A stretch of 64,000 nt of DNA, from positions 36,851 through 100,850 of the forward strand of contig JBKBNT010000009.1 in NCBI GenBank assembly GCA_046295155.1. Reading direction: 5' to 3'. Each line of letters starts with the position of its first letter. Positions within the stretch are counted from its first letter, which is position 1. The notes under the pieces are model-generated. The model searched no databases. It worked only from the letters and a program-made list of their open reading frames with translations, and was not told the DNA's origin. Source of the stretch: Beijerinckiaceae bacterium (GTDB lineage Bacteria > Pseudomonadota > Alphaproteobacteria > Rhizobiales > Beijerinckiaceae). The position numbers were made by a program, and so were the translations under genes. Below are positions 1-8,952 of this stretch, one piece after another.

Positions 1-1908
1 GATTCTACGCCCAAGCCGGATCGATCCGACGATGGACGCGAAATTGTCGTCGAGCAGGACGATGGACGCGGCCTCGCGCGCGACATCCGCGCCGCGTCCG
101 CCCATCGCAACGCCGATGTCGGCCGCCTTGAGAGATGGCGCATCATTGACGCCATCGCCGGTCATGGCGACAACTTCTCCGTCGCTCTTCAGGGCCTGCA
201 CGATGCGGAGCTTCTGCTCGGGCATGATCCGGGCGAAGACGTTTACAGTGCGCACCGCCTGCGTCAGTTCAGCGTCGGTCATCTGGGCGAGCTGGTCGCC
301 GCCAACGGCGGCCTGTGACTGGATGCCCGCTTCGCGCGCGATGGCGAGCGCCGTTTGCGGATAATCGCCCGTTATCATGATGACGCGCACACCGGCGCGG
401 GCGCATTCCTCGACGGCCTCGCGCGCGCCTTCACGCAAGGGATCGACGAGTCCGACAAGCCCGAGGAACGTGAAGTCGAAGCCGGTCTGCGCATCCGGAG
501 GCCGCTCTCCGTGGAACGTCGCGCGCGCGACGCCAAGAACGCGCATCCCGTCGCGGGCAAGCTCGTCGGCGCCCGCGCGCATGCGCTCGCGCTCGCCATC
601 GCCGAGGCGGCACAGAGTCGCGATCGCCTCCGGAGCTCCTTTCGCCGCGACGATCGCGTCTTCGTTCCGGGTGCGCCAGAGGTTCGAAACAGCGAGCAGG
701 TCCGGGCCCAGTCCGTAGGCGCGTTCAAGCGACAGGGCGCCGTCCGCGGGTTTCGACGTCCCGTGCGCGAACGCTTGGATCGCTGCCTCCATGGGATCGG
801 AGGGCTCCGGCGCGCTTGCAAGCGCGGCGTGGCGCGCAAGTTCACAAAACGGCGGCTTGAGAGCAGTCGCGCCAACACCGCTCATGCGGACGAGCGCGCC
901 ATCCATCGTCGCCAGCGCGCCGACGCGCATCCGGTTCTGAGTCAGTGTGCCAGTCTTGTCGCTGCAAAGTACGGTCGCGGCGCCCAGCGCTTCTATCGAG
1001 GCCGCGCGCCGCGTCAGCACGCGCGCGCGGGAAATACGCCACGCGCCCATCGCCATGAAGACGGTGAGCACGACGGGAAACTCTTCCGGCAGCATCGCCA
1101 TGCCGAGCGCCACGCCCGCCAGAAGCGCATCGAGCCATCCGCCGCGCAGCAGTCCATAGAGCAGGACCGCGACGCCGCTGACCGCGCCGCCGAGCAGGGC
1201 GAAGATCAACACAAGGCGGCGGGTCTGCATCTGCAAGCGCGGCGGCGCCACCTCCAGGGTCGCGAGCGTTTGTCCGATGCGGCCGATCTCGCTGCGGGGC
1301 CCTGTCGCGGTGATGCGCGCGACGCCGGAGCCACGCACGATCAGCGATCCCGAAAACACAAACGGCAGGTCGTCGCCGCCGGGGCGCGGAGCCGCCGTGG
1401 GCGCATCGAGAGACGCGATCTTGCGCACCGGCGCGGATTCGCCCGTGAGCAGGGACTCGTCTGCGGCAAGGTCCGAACTGCGCAGCACGACGCCATCGGC
1501 GGGGGTTCGGTCTCCTTCGCTCAGAATGACGACGTCGCCCTCTACGACTTCGCGCCCTGCGATCCTCTTGCGCTCGCCGTCCCGGAGCACGAGCGCGCGC
1601 GGACTCGTGAGGTCGCGCAGCGTCTCGAGGACTCGCTCCGTTCTCGTTTCCTGAACGACGGTGATGACAACGGAGAAAGTCGCGAAGACGATCAGCACGA
1701 TAGCTTCCGTGAGATCGCCAAGCGCCAGATAGATGACGCCGCCAGCGAGCAACAGCAGCAGCATTGGCTCGCGCAGAACCTCGCCGACGATACGCAGCAG
1801 TGTGCGCCGGTCCTGACGCGGCAATTCGTTCGGGCCGTCGCGCGCGAGCCGCCGCACCGCCTCGGCTTGCGTGAGTCCTTCCCGCGGCGCGTTCATAGAG
1901 ACTTCCAT
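1..1908 (-). CDS. Cation-transporting P-type ATPase (P2-type, Ca2+/Mg2+-like); 3' end runs off the window
   Basis: Absent from the ORF track because its stop lies beyond position 1. My reverse-strand translation from ATG at 1908 reads MEVSMNAPREGLTQAEAVRRLARDGPNELP... It includes CSDKTGTLTQNRM (DKTGT phosphorylation motif). At the window edge it reads MTGDGVNDAPSLKAADIGVAMG...LLDDNFASIV (GDGxNDxP hinge). The frame stays open for all 636 codons. Confidence 0.9.
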   Translation of the reverse strand, partial: MEVSMNAPREGLTQAEAVRRLARDGPNELPRQDRRTLLRIVGEVLREPMLLLLLAGGVIYLALGDLTEAIVLIVFATFSVVITVVQETRTERVLETLRDLTSPRALVLRDGERKRIAGREVVEGDVVILSEGDRTPADGVVLRSSDLAADESLLTGESAPVRKIASLDAPTAAPRPGGDDLPFVFSGSLIVRGSGVARITATGPRSEIGRIGQTLATLEVAPPRLQMQTRRLVLIFALLGGAVSGVAVLLYGLLRGGWLDALLAGVALGMAMLPEEFPVVLTVFMAMGAWRISRARVLTRRAASIEALGAATVLCSDKTGTLTQNRMRVGALATMDGALVRMSGVGATALKPPFCELARHAALASAPEPSDPMEAAIQAFAHGTSKPADGALSLERAYGLGPDLLAVSNLWRTRNEDAIVAAKGAPEAIATLCRLGDGERERMRAGADELARDGMRVLGVARATFHGERPPDAQTGFDFTFLGLVGLVDPLREGAREAVEECARAGVRVIMITGDYPQTALAIAREAGIQSQAAVGGDQLAQMTDAELTQAVRTVNVFARIMPEQKLRIVQALKSDGEVVAMTGDGVNDAPSLKAADIGVAMGGRGADVAREAASIVLLDDNFASIVGSIRLGRRI

Positions 1909-2062
1909 CGGATACGTATGGCCCGGGAATGCGCCGATGCACAGCCGGCTCACAAAAGACGTAGGCGGCGCGCACTCCAATGCAAAATGCAGCGGAGGGC
2001 ATTGTTCTGGCGCACGATCCTAATAAAGTTGAGCACGACCTTTTTTACCAAGGGCGATTCAG

Positions 2063-2419
2063 ATGCCGTCGTTCCGCTCCCTGCTGCTTGGCCTTGCCGC
2101 CGCGTCCGTCCCGGCTGCTTGCGCGCTGGCGCTGGAGTGTCCGCAGCCTCAGGATGTCGCCAAGCCGGGCGTGATCGTGGAGCCCGAGACTACGATCAAG
2201 GACATGGCGGCGCTCTTGTCGGGTCCCGACATCGTGCAACGCGCCGGGGAAATCGTCGCCCAGACGCGCCGGCGCTATCCGAACGCGCAGGCCGGTGAGA
2301 TCGTGAACTTCCTGATCACGGCTTATTGTCCCATTGCGAACGCGCGGAACGTTAGCGAGGCCGAGAAGCAGGCGCTTGTCGAGGCGTTCGCCGGCGCGGT
2401 GACCCGGCAGCTTTATTGA
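2063..2419 (+). CDS. Small secreted hypothetical protein (118 aa)
   Basis: ORF track 2063..2419. Signal-like N-terminus MPSFRSLLLGLAAASVPAACALA. No family recognised. Confidence 0.5.
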   Translation: MPSFRSLLLGLAAASVPAACALALECPQPQDVAKPGVIVEPETTIKDMAALLSGPDIVQRAGEIVAQTRRRYPNAQAGEIVNFLITAYCPIANARNVSEAEKQALVEAFAGAVTRQLY

Positions 2420-2687
2420 CGCCGCCGAAGCGGCAGGCGTTGGCGCTGTGCGGAATTCTCGGTTATCCTTCCATCGACCGGGCGCATCAGAACAGCCCGG
2501 CGGGGAGGGGAGACATGTCGTGCGAATTCGACAGGCCCGCAGGAGACGCGCGCCGCGGGCGGAGCGCCGAAACCGGCGCGCAAGGACCGGCAAGTTCAAT
2601 CAGATTCATGCTGACCTACCTGTCGCGGGCCGCTAGCCGCCGGAGAGATCCTGTGCTATCTCGTTCTGAAACAACAGGAGAAATGCG

Positions 2688-3770
2688 GTGTTAAAAAATA
2701 AACACAAAAGTAAAACGTATATTAAGGGAAGGCCTTCACCCGCTGCGCGCGTGGCGCGCCGTGCGGCGATGACCGCGGCGATCGCCGCAACGGCCGGCGT
2801 CTGTGTGCTGCCAGCAATGGCCATGGACGATCCGTCGAAGGGGCTCACCGTGCTGGCGAGCCATGCGCCGGGCGGCGGCTATGACGCCTATGCGCGCATT
2901 TATGCGCGCCATGTCGGCAAGCACATTCCCGGTTTGACGACTGTGACCGTCAAGAACATGCCAGGCGCCGCGGGCGTCGTAATGGCGAATTTCATGGCGA
3001 CGCAGGGGCCGCCGGACGGCTCAACGATCGCGCTCGGGCCGGGCTCGATGGCGACGGCGTCGCTCTTCAAACCGAAGAGCGCGCGTTATGACTCGCGCGA
3101 ATTCGTCTGGATCGGCAGCATCAACAGCGACGTCTCGGTCGCGGTCGCGAGATCGGACTCCGGCGTCAAGACGATCGACGACGTCTTTACGAAGGAACTC
3201 ATCGTCGGCGGCGCCGGCCCGTCCGACAACAGCGTCGTGTACGCGAACATCCTCAACAACATGATGGGCGCGAAACTTAAACTGGTTTCCGGCTACAATG
3301 GCAGCAGCGCGAATGTGCTGGCGCTGGAGCGCGGCGAAGTGCAGGGCATCGCGGGCTGGAATTATTCGTCCGTCACGAGCATGCGGCCGACGTGGATCAA
3401 GGAAGGACGCATTCATGTGCTCGCCCAGATGTCGCTCGAGCGCCACACGGATCTGCCCAACGTGCCGACCATTCTCGAAATCGCGAAAAGCGATGAGCAG
3501 CGCGAGGTGCTGAAGCTCATCTTCACGCAGAGCCTGATCGGGCGCGTTCTGTTCGCACCGCCGAAGCTGAGCGCGAATGCCACAGGGGTCCACCGCAAGG
3601 CGTTCGACGGGGTGATCGCGGACAAGGAGTTTCTGGCTGAGGCCGACAAGCTCCGGCTTGAAGTGAACGGTCCAATTCCGGGCGCGCGCGTTCAGGAAAT
3701 CGTCGGCGGATTGTTCCGTGCTTCGCCCGAGCGCATCAAGCAGGCAGCGGCGGCGCTCGGCGAAAGCTGA
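2688..3770 (+). CDS. TctC/Bug-family periplasmic solute-binding protein (tripartite tricarboxylate transporter receptor family), copy 1
   Basis: ORF 2688..3770. Bug-family hallmarks APGGGYDAYARIYARHVGKHIPG and VKNMPGAAGVV. Long K/N-rich N-terminus followed by a hydrophobic signal AAMTAAIAATAGVCVLPAMA. AGGAGA lies 6 nt upstream of GTG 2688. An alternative start is ATG 2769. Confidence 0.85.
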   Translation: MLKNKHKSKTYIKGRPSPAARVARRAAMTAAIAATAGVCVLPAMAMDDPSKGLTVLASHAPGGGYDAYARIYARHVGKHIPGLTTVTVKNMPGAAGVVMANFMATQGPPDGSTIALGPGSMATASLFKPKSARYDSREFVWIGSINSDVSVAVARSDSGVKTIDDVFTKELIVGGAGPSDNSVVYANILNNMMGAKLKLVSGYNGSSANVLALERGEVQGIAGWNYSSVTSMRPTWIKEGRIHVLAQMSLERHTDLPNVPTILEIAKSDEQREVLKLIFTQSLIGRVLFAPPKLSANATGVHRKAFDGVIADKEFLAEADKLRLEVNGPIPGARVQEIVGGLFRASPERIKQAAAALGES

Positions 3771-3791
3771 TCCGGCCGATGCGAGATCGAG

Positions 3792-3813
3792 GCGGCGGGG
3801 ATGACCCCGCCGC
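3792..3813. terminator. GC-rich hairpin between convergent TctC and UbiD genes (possible bidirectional terminator)
   Basis: gcggcgggg-atga-ccccgccgc forms a perfect 9-bp stem with a 4-nt loop. It lies between stop codons at 3770 (+) and 3826 (-). There is no clear U-tract. Confidence 0.45.
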
Positions 3814-3825
3814 TCTGGCTTGCAA

Positions 3826-5463
3826 TTACTTTTCGACCCGGCGTACGGGGGTTTCCGGCGTCACCTCGGCGCTGGGACGGCGGCGCTGGAAAGAGTTCTC
3901 TCCGTTGCGCTCCCAATCGCCCTTCACCGCGGCCTGCGCGAACGCTTCCCACCGGTCGCTCCAATCGCCGAGATGCACGCCATGCCACGGCGGCTGCGGC
4001 CGCAGCGCGGGCAGGCCGAGACGATCCCAGATTTCCTTTGCTTCTTCCATATACTGCTGTGCGGGCAGGGCCAGCGGCGGCATGAGGTCCTTCGCTGTCG
4101 CGTCGATCAGCAGCGTCGAGTTCGCCGAACCGCCAGCCGTTTTCGGCCCGTGGCTGCGAGAGCGATAGGGTACGACCAGCAGATCGTCGATCGGGTTCGA
4201 GCGATAGGCCATGGACCAGAACACCGCGTCGGCGTTGCGCGGGTCGACGTCGTCTGTCACAGCGATGACGATCTTGCCGCACTGCGCCTGCAACGTTGCG
4301 GCGCCCTGCAATCCGCGCCAGACCTCCGACTGCACCGCGCCGCGCTTGAACTGCAGGAAAATGATTGGCCGGAGGTTCGAAAGCGGCTCGTGCATCACAA
4401 CGCCGCTGATGCCCTTGATGTTCAGCACTTTCTTGAGGTGCTGGAGGTACAGCGGTTCGTAGGCGACGCGCTTCATCACGCTGGATTCGCTCGGCGTGAC
4501 CTGGCTGACCACCGAAACGAAGATCGGATCCTTTCGATGCGTGATCGCGGTGACGCGCATCGACATGTTGAATTCCTCGAGCGCAATGTAGCCGTGGCTT
4601 TCGCCGAAAGGTCCTTCTGGCTCGACGTAGTCCGTATCGATGAGACCTTCGATGACGAACTCCGCGTCGGCGGGAATCTCAAGGTCTATCGTTTTGCATT
4701 TGCACACCCGCAGCGCCGCGCCGGCCAGGCCGCCGGCAACAGCCATTTCATCATCGTCGATGGCGAGCTTCTGCGGGCCCGTGTACTGCACCACGGGCGC
4801 CGCGCCGATGACGATGGCGATCGGCATCGGTTCGCCGCGCTCTTTGTATTTGAGCCAGTGCTGGTAACCGCCGGCGCCGGTGAGGCGCGTCGCCATGCGC
4901 ACGCCAACGCGGTCGGTGGCCTTCAGTCCGCCGCGATAGGTGCCCATGTTCCGGATGCCGCTTTCCGGGTCCTTGGTCACGCACAGGGTCGCGGTGAAAT
5001 AGGGGGCGGAGTCGAAACCCGGCGTCGAGATCGGAATCGGGAGGGCTGCCAGGCCGCCGCCCGGTTTGCGCAGGTCGTCGCCAGTGACCACAACTTCCTG
5101 ACAGGGGCCGTTCTCGATCTTGATCGGGGGGATTGGCTTGTCGATGCCGCGGGTCCAGACGTCTCCGATATCCTCGACCTTCACGCCGAGGCCGGTTGCG
5201 TAGATATCGGGTGACGCGGCGAGGCCGCCAACGAGCACCGGCGTGTCGAACTTGCGTCCATCGGACCCGACGACGTTGGTGAAAAGAAAGGCGCGCCGCT
5301 GGCCGTCGGAGAGCCCGCCGGTGAACTGCCAGCGCACCAGCGGATGAAGCTGCGTATCCTTGTTGATCGGTTCGTCGATCGTCACCAGCAGGCCACGCTC
5401 CTTCAGGAGGGCGAGGTGTTCGCGCAGGTCGCGCGGGGCTGTCGTTTCTCCGGCGGTTGTCAT
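3826..5463 (-). CDS. UbiD-family (prFMN-dependent) decarboxylase
   Basis: ORF 3826..5598, trimmed to ATG 5463 (MTTAGETTAPRDLREHLALLKERGLLVTIDEPINKDTQLHPLVRWQF...). Contains the UbiD-type internal block EGPFGESHGYIALEEFNMSMRVTAITHRKDPIF. About 545 aa, which I judge from memory to be longer at the C-terminus than typical UbiD enzymes; this was not aligned. Confidence 0.85.
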   Translation of the reverse strand: MTTAGETTAPRDLREHLALLKERGLLVTIDEPINKDTQLHPLVRWQFTGGLSDGQRRAFLFTNVVGSDGRKFDTPVLVGGLAASPDIYATGLGVKVEDIGDVWTRGIDKPIPPIKIENGPCQEVVVTGDDLRKPGGGLAALPIPISTPGFDSAPYFTATLCVTKDPESGIRNMGTYRGGLKATDRVGVRMATRLTGAGGYQHWLKYKERGEPMPIAIVIGAAPVVQYTGPQKLAIDDDEMAVAGGLAGAALRVCKCKTIDLEIPADAEFVIEGLIDTDYVEPEGPFGESHGYIALEEFNMSMRVTAITHRKDPIFVSVVSQVTPSESSVMKRVAYEPLYLQHLKKVLNIKGISGVVMHEPLSNLRPIIFLQFKRGAVQSEVWRGLQGAATLQAQCGKIVIAVTDDVDPRNADAVFWSMAYRSNPIDDLLVVPYRSRSHGPKTAGGSANSTLLIDATAKDLMPPLALPAQQYMEEAKEIWDRLGLPALRPQPPWHGVHLGDWSDRWEAFAQAAVKGDWERNGENSFQRRRPSAEVTPETPVRRVEK

Positions 5464-5850
5464 GATTGTCTTTCTTCCAACTATGATTAGTTTATCCAGC
5501 ACACGTGGCGCGGCCCGAATACAAGATGCATGGTCCGCGCGAAGGGGGAGGGAACCTGGTGGGCCTTGCGCTCGGCAAGAAAAGTTGCCGGCACGCAAAC
5601 GCGGCGGACGCCGCGGTTGGCGACCTCCTGTTTCCGGCTCCGGGCGCTGTGTTGCGTCCGCATGGATGCGCTACCCCCTCCCCTCGCGAGCACGCAGGCC
5701 TTTTCAGCAGCCCCGGCCATGCTCGCGGCGGCAGGTTAACCTGTGGCCGTTCAATATCCAGCGTTTTCTCGGGCTCCGGCTTCGATGCGCCCCTAGCGCG
5801 GCCGAAGGTTTCATGGTACGCGGTCCAAATATCACAGGAGAAATTTGGCT

Positions 5851-6942
5851 ATGTACAAAATCAACAAAAATACTGTGTATAAAGTGAAAGGCGCCAGGCC
5901 GCTGCGGTTCCGCCTTCTTGCGGCCGGCGCGACGGCGGCGCTTTCTGCGGTCGCGCTTGCGGGGCCGGCGTCCGCCCAGCAGGCCAGCCCCGGCGTCGAG
6001 GCGTTCTACAAGGGCAAACAGCTGAACTTCATCGTGGGCCTCGCCGCCGGCGGCGGGTATGACCAGTACGCCCGTACGATCGCGCGCCACCTCGATCGTC
6101 ACTTGCCGGGCAAGCCCACGATCGTCGTTCAGAACATGACCGGCGCTGCCGGCCTGAACGCAACGAACTGGCTCTACACGGTGGCGCCGCGCGACGGCTC
6201 GACCATCGGCATGACGCAGCGCTCGGTCATCGTCGAGCCGCTTTACGGCACCAAGTCGGCGGTGTTCGATCCTGTGAAATTTTCGTGGATCGCCAGCGTC
6301 AACGACGAGGCCTATATCGCGGTGACGTGGAAGGACCGCGGCATCAACAGCATCCAGGACGCCATCGACAAGGAGTTTCCCGTGGCTGCCGATGGTCCGG
6401 CCTCGGACGATTACACATGGCCGGCGGTTATGAACCGGGTGCTGGGCACCAAGTTCAAGATCATCTCTGGCTACAAGGGCAAGGCTGAGCAGCGCCTCGC
6501 CACCCGCCGCGGCGAAACCGTGGGCCTCATCGGCTGGAGCTGGGGCGCGCTGCAGGTGCAGGAGTGGGATGACTACAAGGCTGGCAACTGGAAGATCATC
6601 GCCCACCTTGGGCACGGCAAGCATCCGGATTTCGACGCCCCGTCTGTGTTCGATTACGCAAAGACCCAGGAAGCGAGGGACGTTCTGGATTTCCTTGTCG
6701 GGACGCTGATCGTCGGCAGGCCCGTGTTCGGCCCGCCGGGCGTGCCCGCCGACCGGCTTGACGCCCTGCGCGCCGCCTTCATGCAGACGCTCAAAGACCC
6801 TGCATTCCTGGCTGAGGCTGAAAAACAGAAGCTGGAGATTAGCCCGACGGATGGCGCGGAACTGGCGGAACGCGTGAAACGTCTGTATTCTACGCCACCC
6901 GAGGTCGTCGCACGCACGCAAGCGGCGCGCACCGGCAAATGA
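5851..6942 (+). CDS. TctC/Bug-family periplasmic solute-binding protein, copy 2
   Basis: ORF 5845..6942; ATG 5851 is preferred, with AGGAGA 9 nt upstream. Contains GLAAGGGYDQYARTIARHLDRHLPGKPTIVVQNMTGAAG. The K/N-rich N-terminus MYKINKNTVYKVKGARP resembles that of copy 1. Confidence 0.85.
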   Translation: MYKINKNTVYKVKGARPLRFRLLAAGATAALSAVALAGPASAQQASPGVEAFYKGKQLNFIVGLAAGGGYDQYARTIARHLDRHLPGKPTIVVQNMTGAAGLNATNWLYTVAPRDGSTIGMTQRSVIVEPLYGTKSAVFDPVKFSWIASVNDEAYIAVTWKDRGINSIQDAIDKEFPVAADGPASDDYTWPAVMNRVLGTKFKIISGYKGKAEQRLATRRGETVGLIGWSWGALQVQEWDDYKAGNWKIIAHLGHGKHPDFDAPSVFDYAKTQEARDVLDFLVGTLIVGRPVFGPPGVPADRLDALRAAFMQTLKDPAFLAEAEKQKLEISPTDGAELAERVKRLYSTPPEVVARTQAARTGK

Positions 6943-7017
6943 ATTCGTTGGGAGTTTGCTTTCGGGTCGATCCAGGTCGCCCCGTCACAGAAACGCAGGA
7001 AGAAAGGTAGGGAATCC

Positions 7018-7893
7018 ATGTCAGCCAATTCCACGCTTCGGGTTGCAGCAGATGCGGAAGCCGGCATGCCGGCAGGCGTGCGCGTCACGCCGCTCAAGCC
7101 CGCAGTCGGCGCCCGGATCTCGGGTTTCCGTTTCGACGGACGGCCGCTTGAGGATTCGTTCCGCTCGGCGCTGCGCGACGTGCTGCACAACCGGGGCCTC
7201 GTCGTGTTCGAACCCGGCACAGTCACAGCGGAAAACTTCACGAAGTTCGCAGGCTTCCTCGGTGAGTTCTTCCACTACGCCGGTCCGCATACGCCGCGTG
7301 CGCCGGAAAATCCGGACGCGACTATGATCGATTCGATGAAGGACAAGAACCTTCGCAATCACATCTGGCACGCCGACGGCGGTTTCCGCCCGGACGCGCC
7401 CGCCTTCACGGCGCTGTTCGCCAAGCAGTGCCCGGAGTCCGGCGGCGATACGATGTTCTCGAACGCCAATTGGGTTTACGAGAACCTCGATCCGTTGTTC
7501 GCGGCCTATCTCGAAACCCTGACAGTGATCCAGTCTGCTGACGCCACCGGCCATATCACGGATCGTTATCTCGATCCGGAAGAGGCGAAGCAGGCGCGCC
7601 TGCGGATGCCTCCCTTCGAGATGCCGCTCATCCGCGTTCATCCGGTCACGGGCCGCAAGTGGGTCGCGGTGAACGAGTCCTACGTCGCCTACATCAAGGG
7701 CGTCAGCCGCGTTCACAGCCAAAACATCCTCGGCATCCTGTTCGACATGATCAAGTCGCCGGAGGCGACGGTCCGTCACGAATGGCAGGCTGGCGCGCTC
7801 GCGATCTGGGACAACCGCGTCGTGCAGCACAAGGGCATCAAGGACTACGGCGGCGGACGCCGTATTCTCTACCGCGCCACGATGACCGCCTGA
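7018..7893 (+). CDS. TauD/TfdA-family Fe(II)/2-oxoglutarate-dependent dioxygenase
   Basis: ORF 7018..7893. HxD...H triad context: NHIWHADGGFRPDAPAFTALF and WDNRVVQHKGIKDY, followed by RRILYRAT. Confidence 0.85.
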   Translation: MSANSTLRVAADAEAGMPAGVRVTPLKPAVGARISGFRFDGRPLEDSFRSALRDVLHNRGLVVFEPGTVTAENFTKFAGFLGEFFHYAGPHTPRAPENPDATMIDSMKDKNLRNHIWHADGGFRPDAPAFTALFAKQCPESGGDTMFSNANWVYENLDPLFAAYLETLTVIQSADATGHITDRYLDPEEAKQARLRMPPFEMPLIRVHPVTGRKWVAVNESYVAYIKGVSRVHSQNILGILFDMIKSPEATVRHEWQAGALAIWDNRVVQHKGIKDYGGGRRILYRATMTA

Positions 7894-7903
7894 GAGGGCG
7901 CTC

Positions 7904-8752
7904 ATGAGCGAGGCGAGGGCGAGGACGCTCATCGGCGTCGACGATCTTGCGGGCCGGCTCGCCGCCGGCCCCGGGGTCATCCTTTTGCACGTGCGTGACG
8001 AGGACACCGGGAAGCCGGTGGAAGGCGGCGTCATTCCGGGCGCGCTGGACGTCTACCTCGCCAGCGACTTCTCCGGGCCGCCGAGCAAGGCGGGCGGCAA
8101 GCGGCCGCTGCCGGACATCGCCACGTTCGAAGCCAATGCGCGCAAGTGGGGCGTGAAGCCCGACAGTCTCGTCGTCGTGTACGACGACACGTCGGGCGCT
8201 CAGGCTTCGCGCGCGTGGTGGACGTTCCGCTGGGGCGGCTTCGAAAACGTCCGCATCCTGGACGGCGGCCTCATCGCATGGAAGGCGGCGGGGCGCGCGT
8301 TGGCCGACACGCCATCGTCGCCTCCGGGCGGCGGGGATGTGAACATGACGGCCGGCAACATGCCGACGATCGAGGCGGACGAGGCCCAGGCGCTCGCGCG
8401 CGAGGGCGTGCTGCTCGACGCGCGCGGCAAGGCGGCTTACGTCGGGGGGCCAACCGAACCGGGCAAGCCTGCGAGCGGTCACATCCCCGGCGCGTTGCTC
8501 GCGCCGTCGGGTGGCAACATCGGGCCGGACGGCCGCTTCAAGGCGCACGAGGAATTGTGCGTCGCGTTCAGCGAAATTGGCGCGGATGGCTCGCGCCGGG
8601 TCGGCGTGTACTGCGGCAGCGGCAACGCCGCCGCGCACAAGATCGCGGCGCTCCATGCGGCGGGCGTGGAAGCGGCGCTTTACGTCGGCTCATGGTCGGC
8701 GTGGAGCGCGGATCCCGACCGGCCGGTCGCGACGGGCCCCGAACCGGGCTGA
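7904..8752 (+). CDS. Tandem-rhodanese sulfurtransferase (thiosulfate/3-mercaptopyruvate sulfurtransferase-like)
   Basis: ORF 7904..8752, starting 10 nt after the TauD stop. Two-domain layout with active-site loop VYCGSGNAAAHKIAAL, which is CG(S/T)G-type as in SseA/MST. Confidence 0.8.
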   Translation: MSEARARTLIGVDDLAGRLAAGPGVILLHVRDEDTGKPVEGGVIPGALDVYLASDFSGPPSKAGGKRPLPDIATFEANARKWGVKPDSLVVVYDDTSGAQASRAWWTFRWGGFENVRILDGGLIAWKAAGRALADTPSSPPGGGDVNMTAGNMPTIEADEAQALAREGVLLDARGKAAYVGGPTEPGKPASGHIPGALLAPSGGNIGPDGRFKAHEELCVAFSEIGADGSRRVGVYCGSGNAAAHKIAALHAAGVEAALYVGSWSAWSADPDRPVATGPEPG

Positions 8753-8952
8753 GGCTCGCCTGCTTCACAAACGCGATGGCGGCCGCAGGGCCGCCACGAC
8801 TTCCGTAGCGGGCTTCTTTCCCGCCATTTTGGTGAGCAATGGGCGGGTAAGCCGAGTTGATCGCTCCCTGAGCTTCGGCGAGCCGTTATGGCCGCCTTCC
8901 CACTCTCGGCCGGGCTGCTATAAGCCTGCAACGATCCGTTGCAGGGAGGCCA

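Noticed and set aside
355-2298. 647-aa plus-strand ORF
   Set aside because: It is antisense to the P-type ATPase, whose frame carries the DKTGT and GDGxNDxP motifs. The product is an Arg/Ala/Gly-rich low-complexity string with no motifs. This is a typical stop-codon-poor antisense frame in GC-rich DNA.
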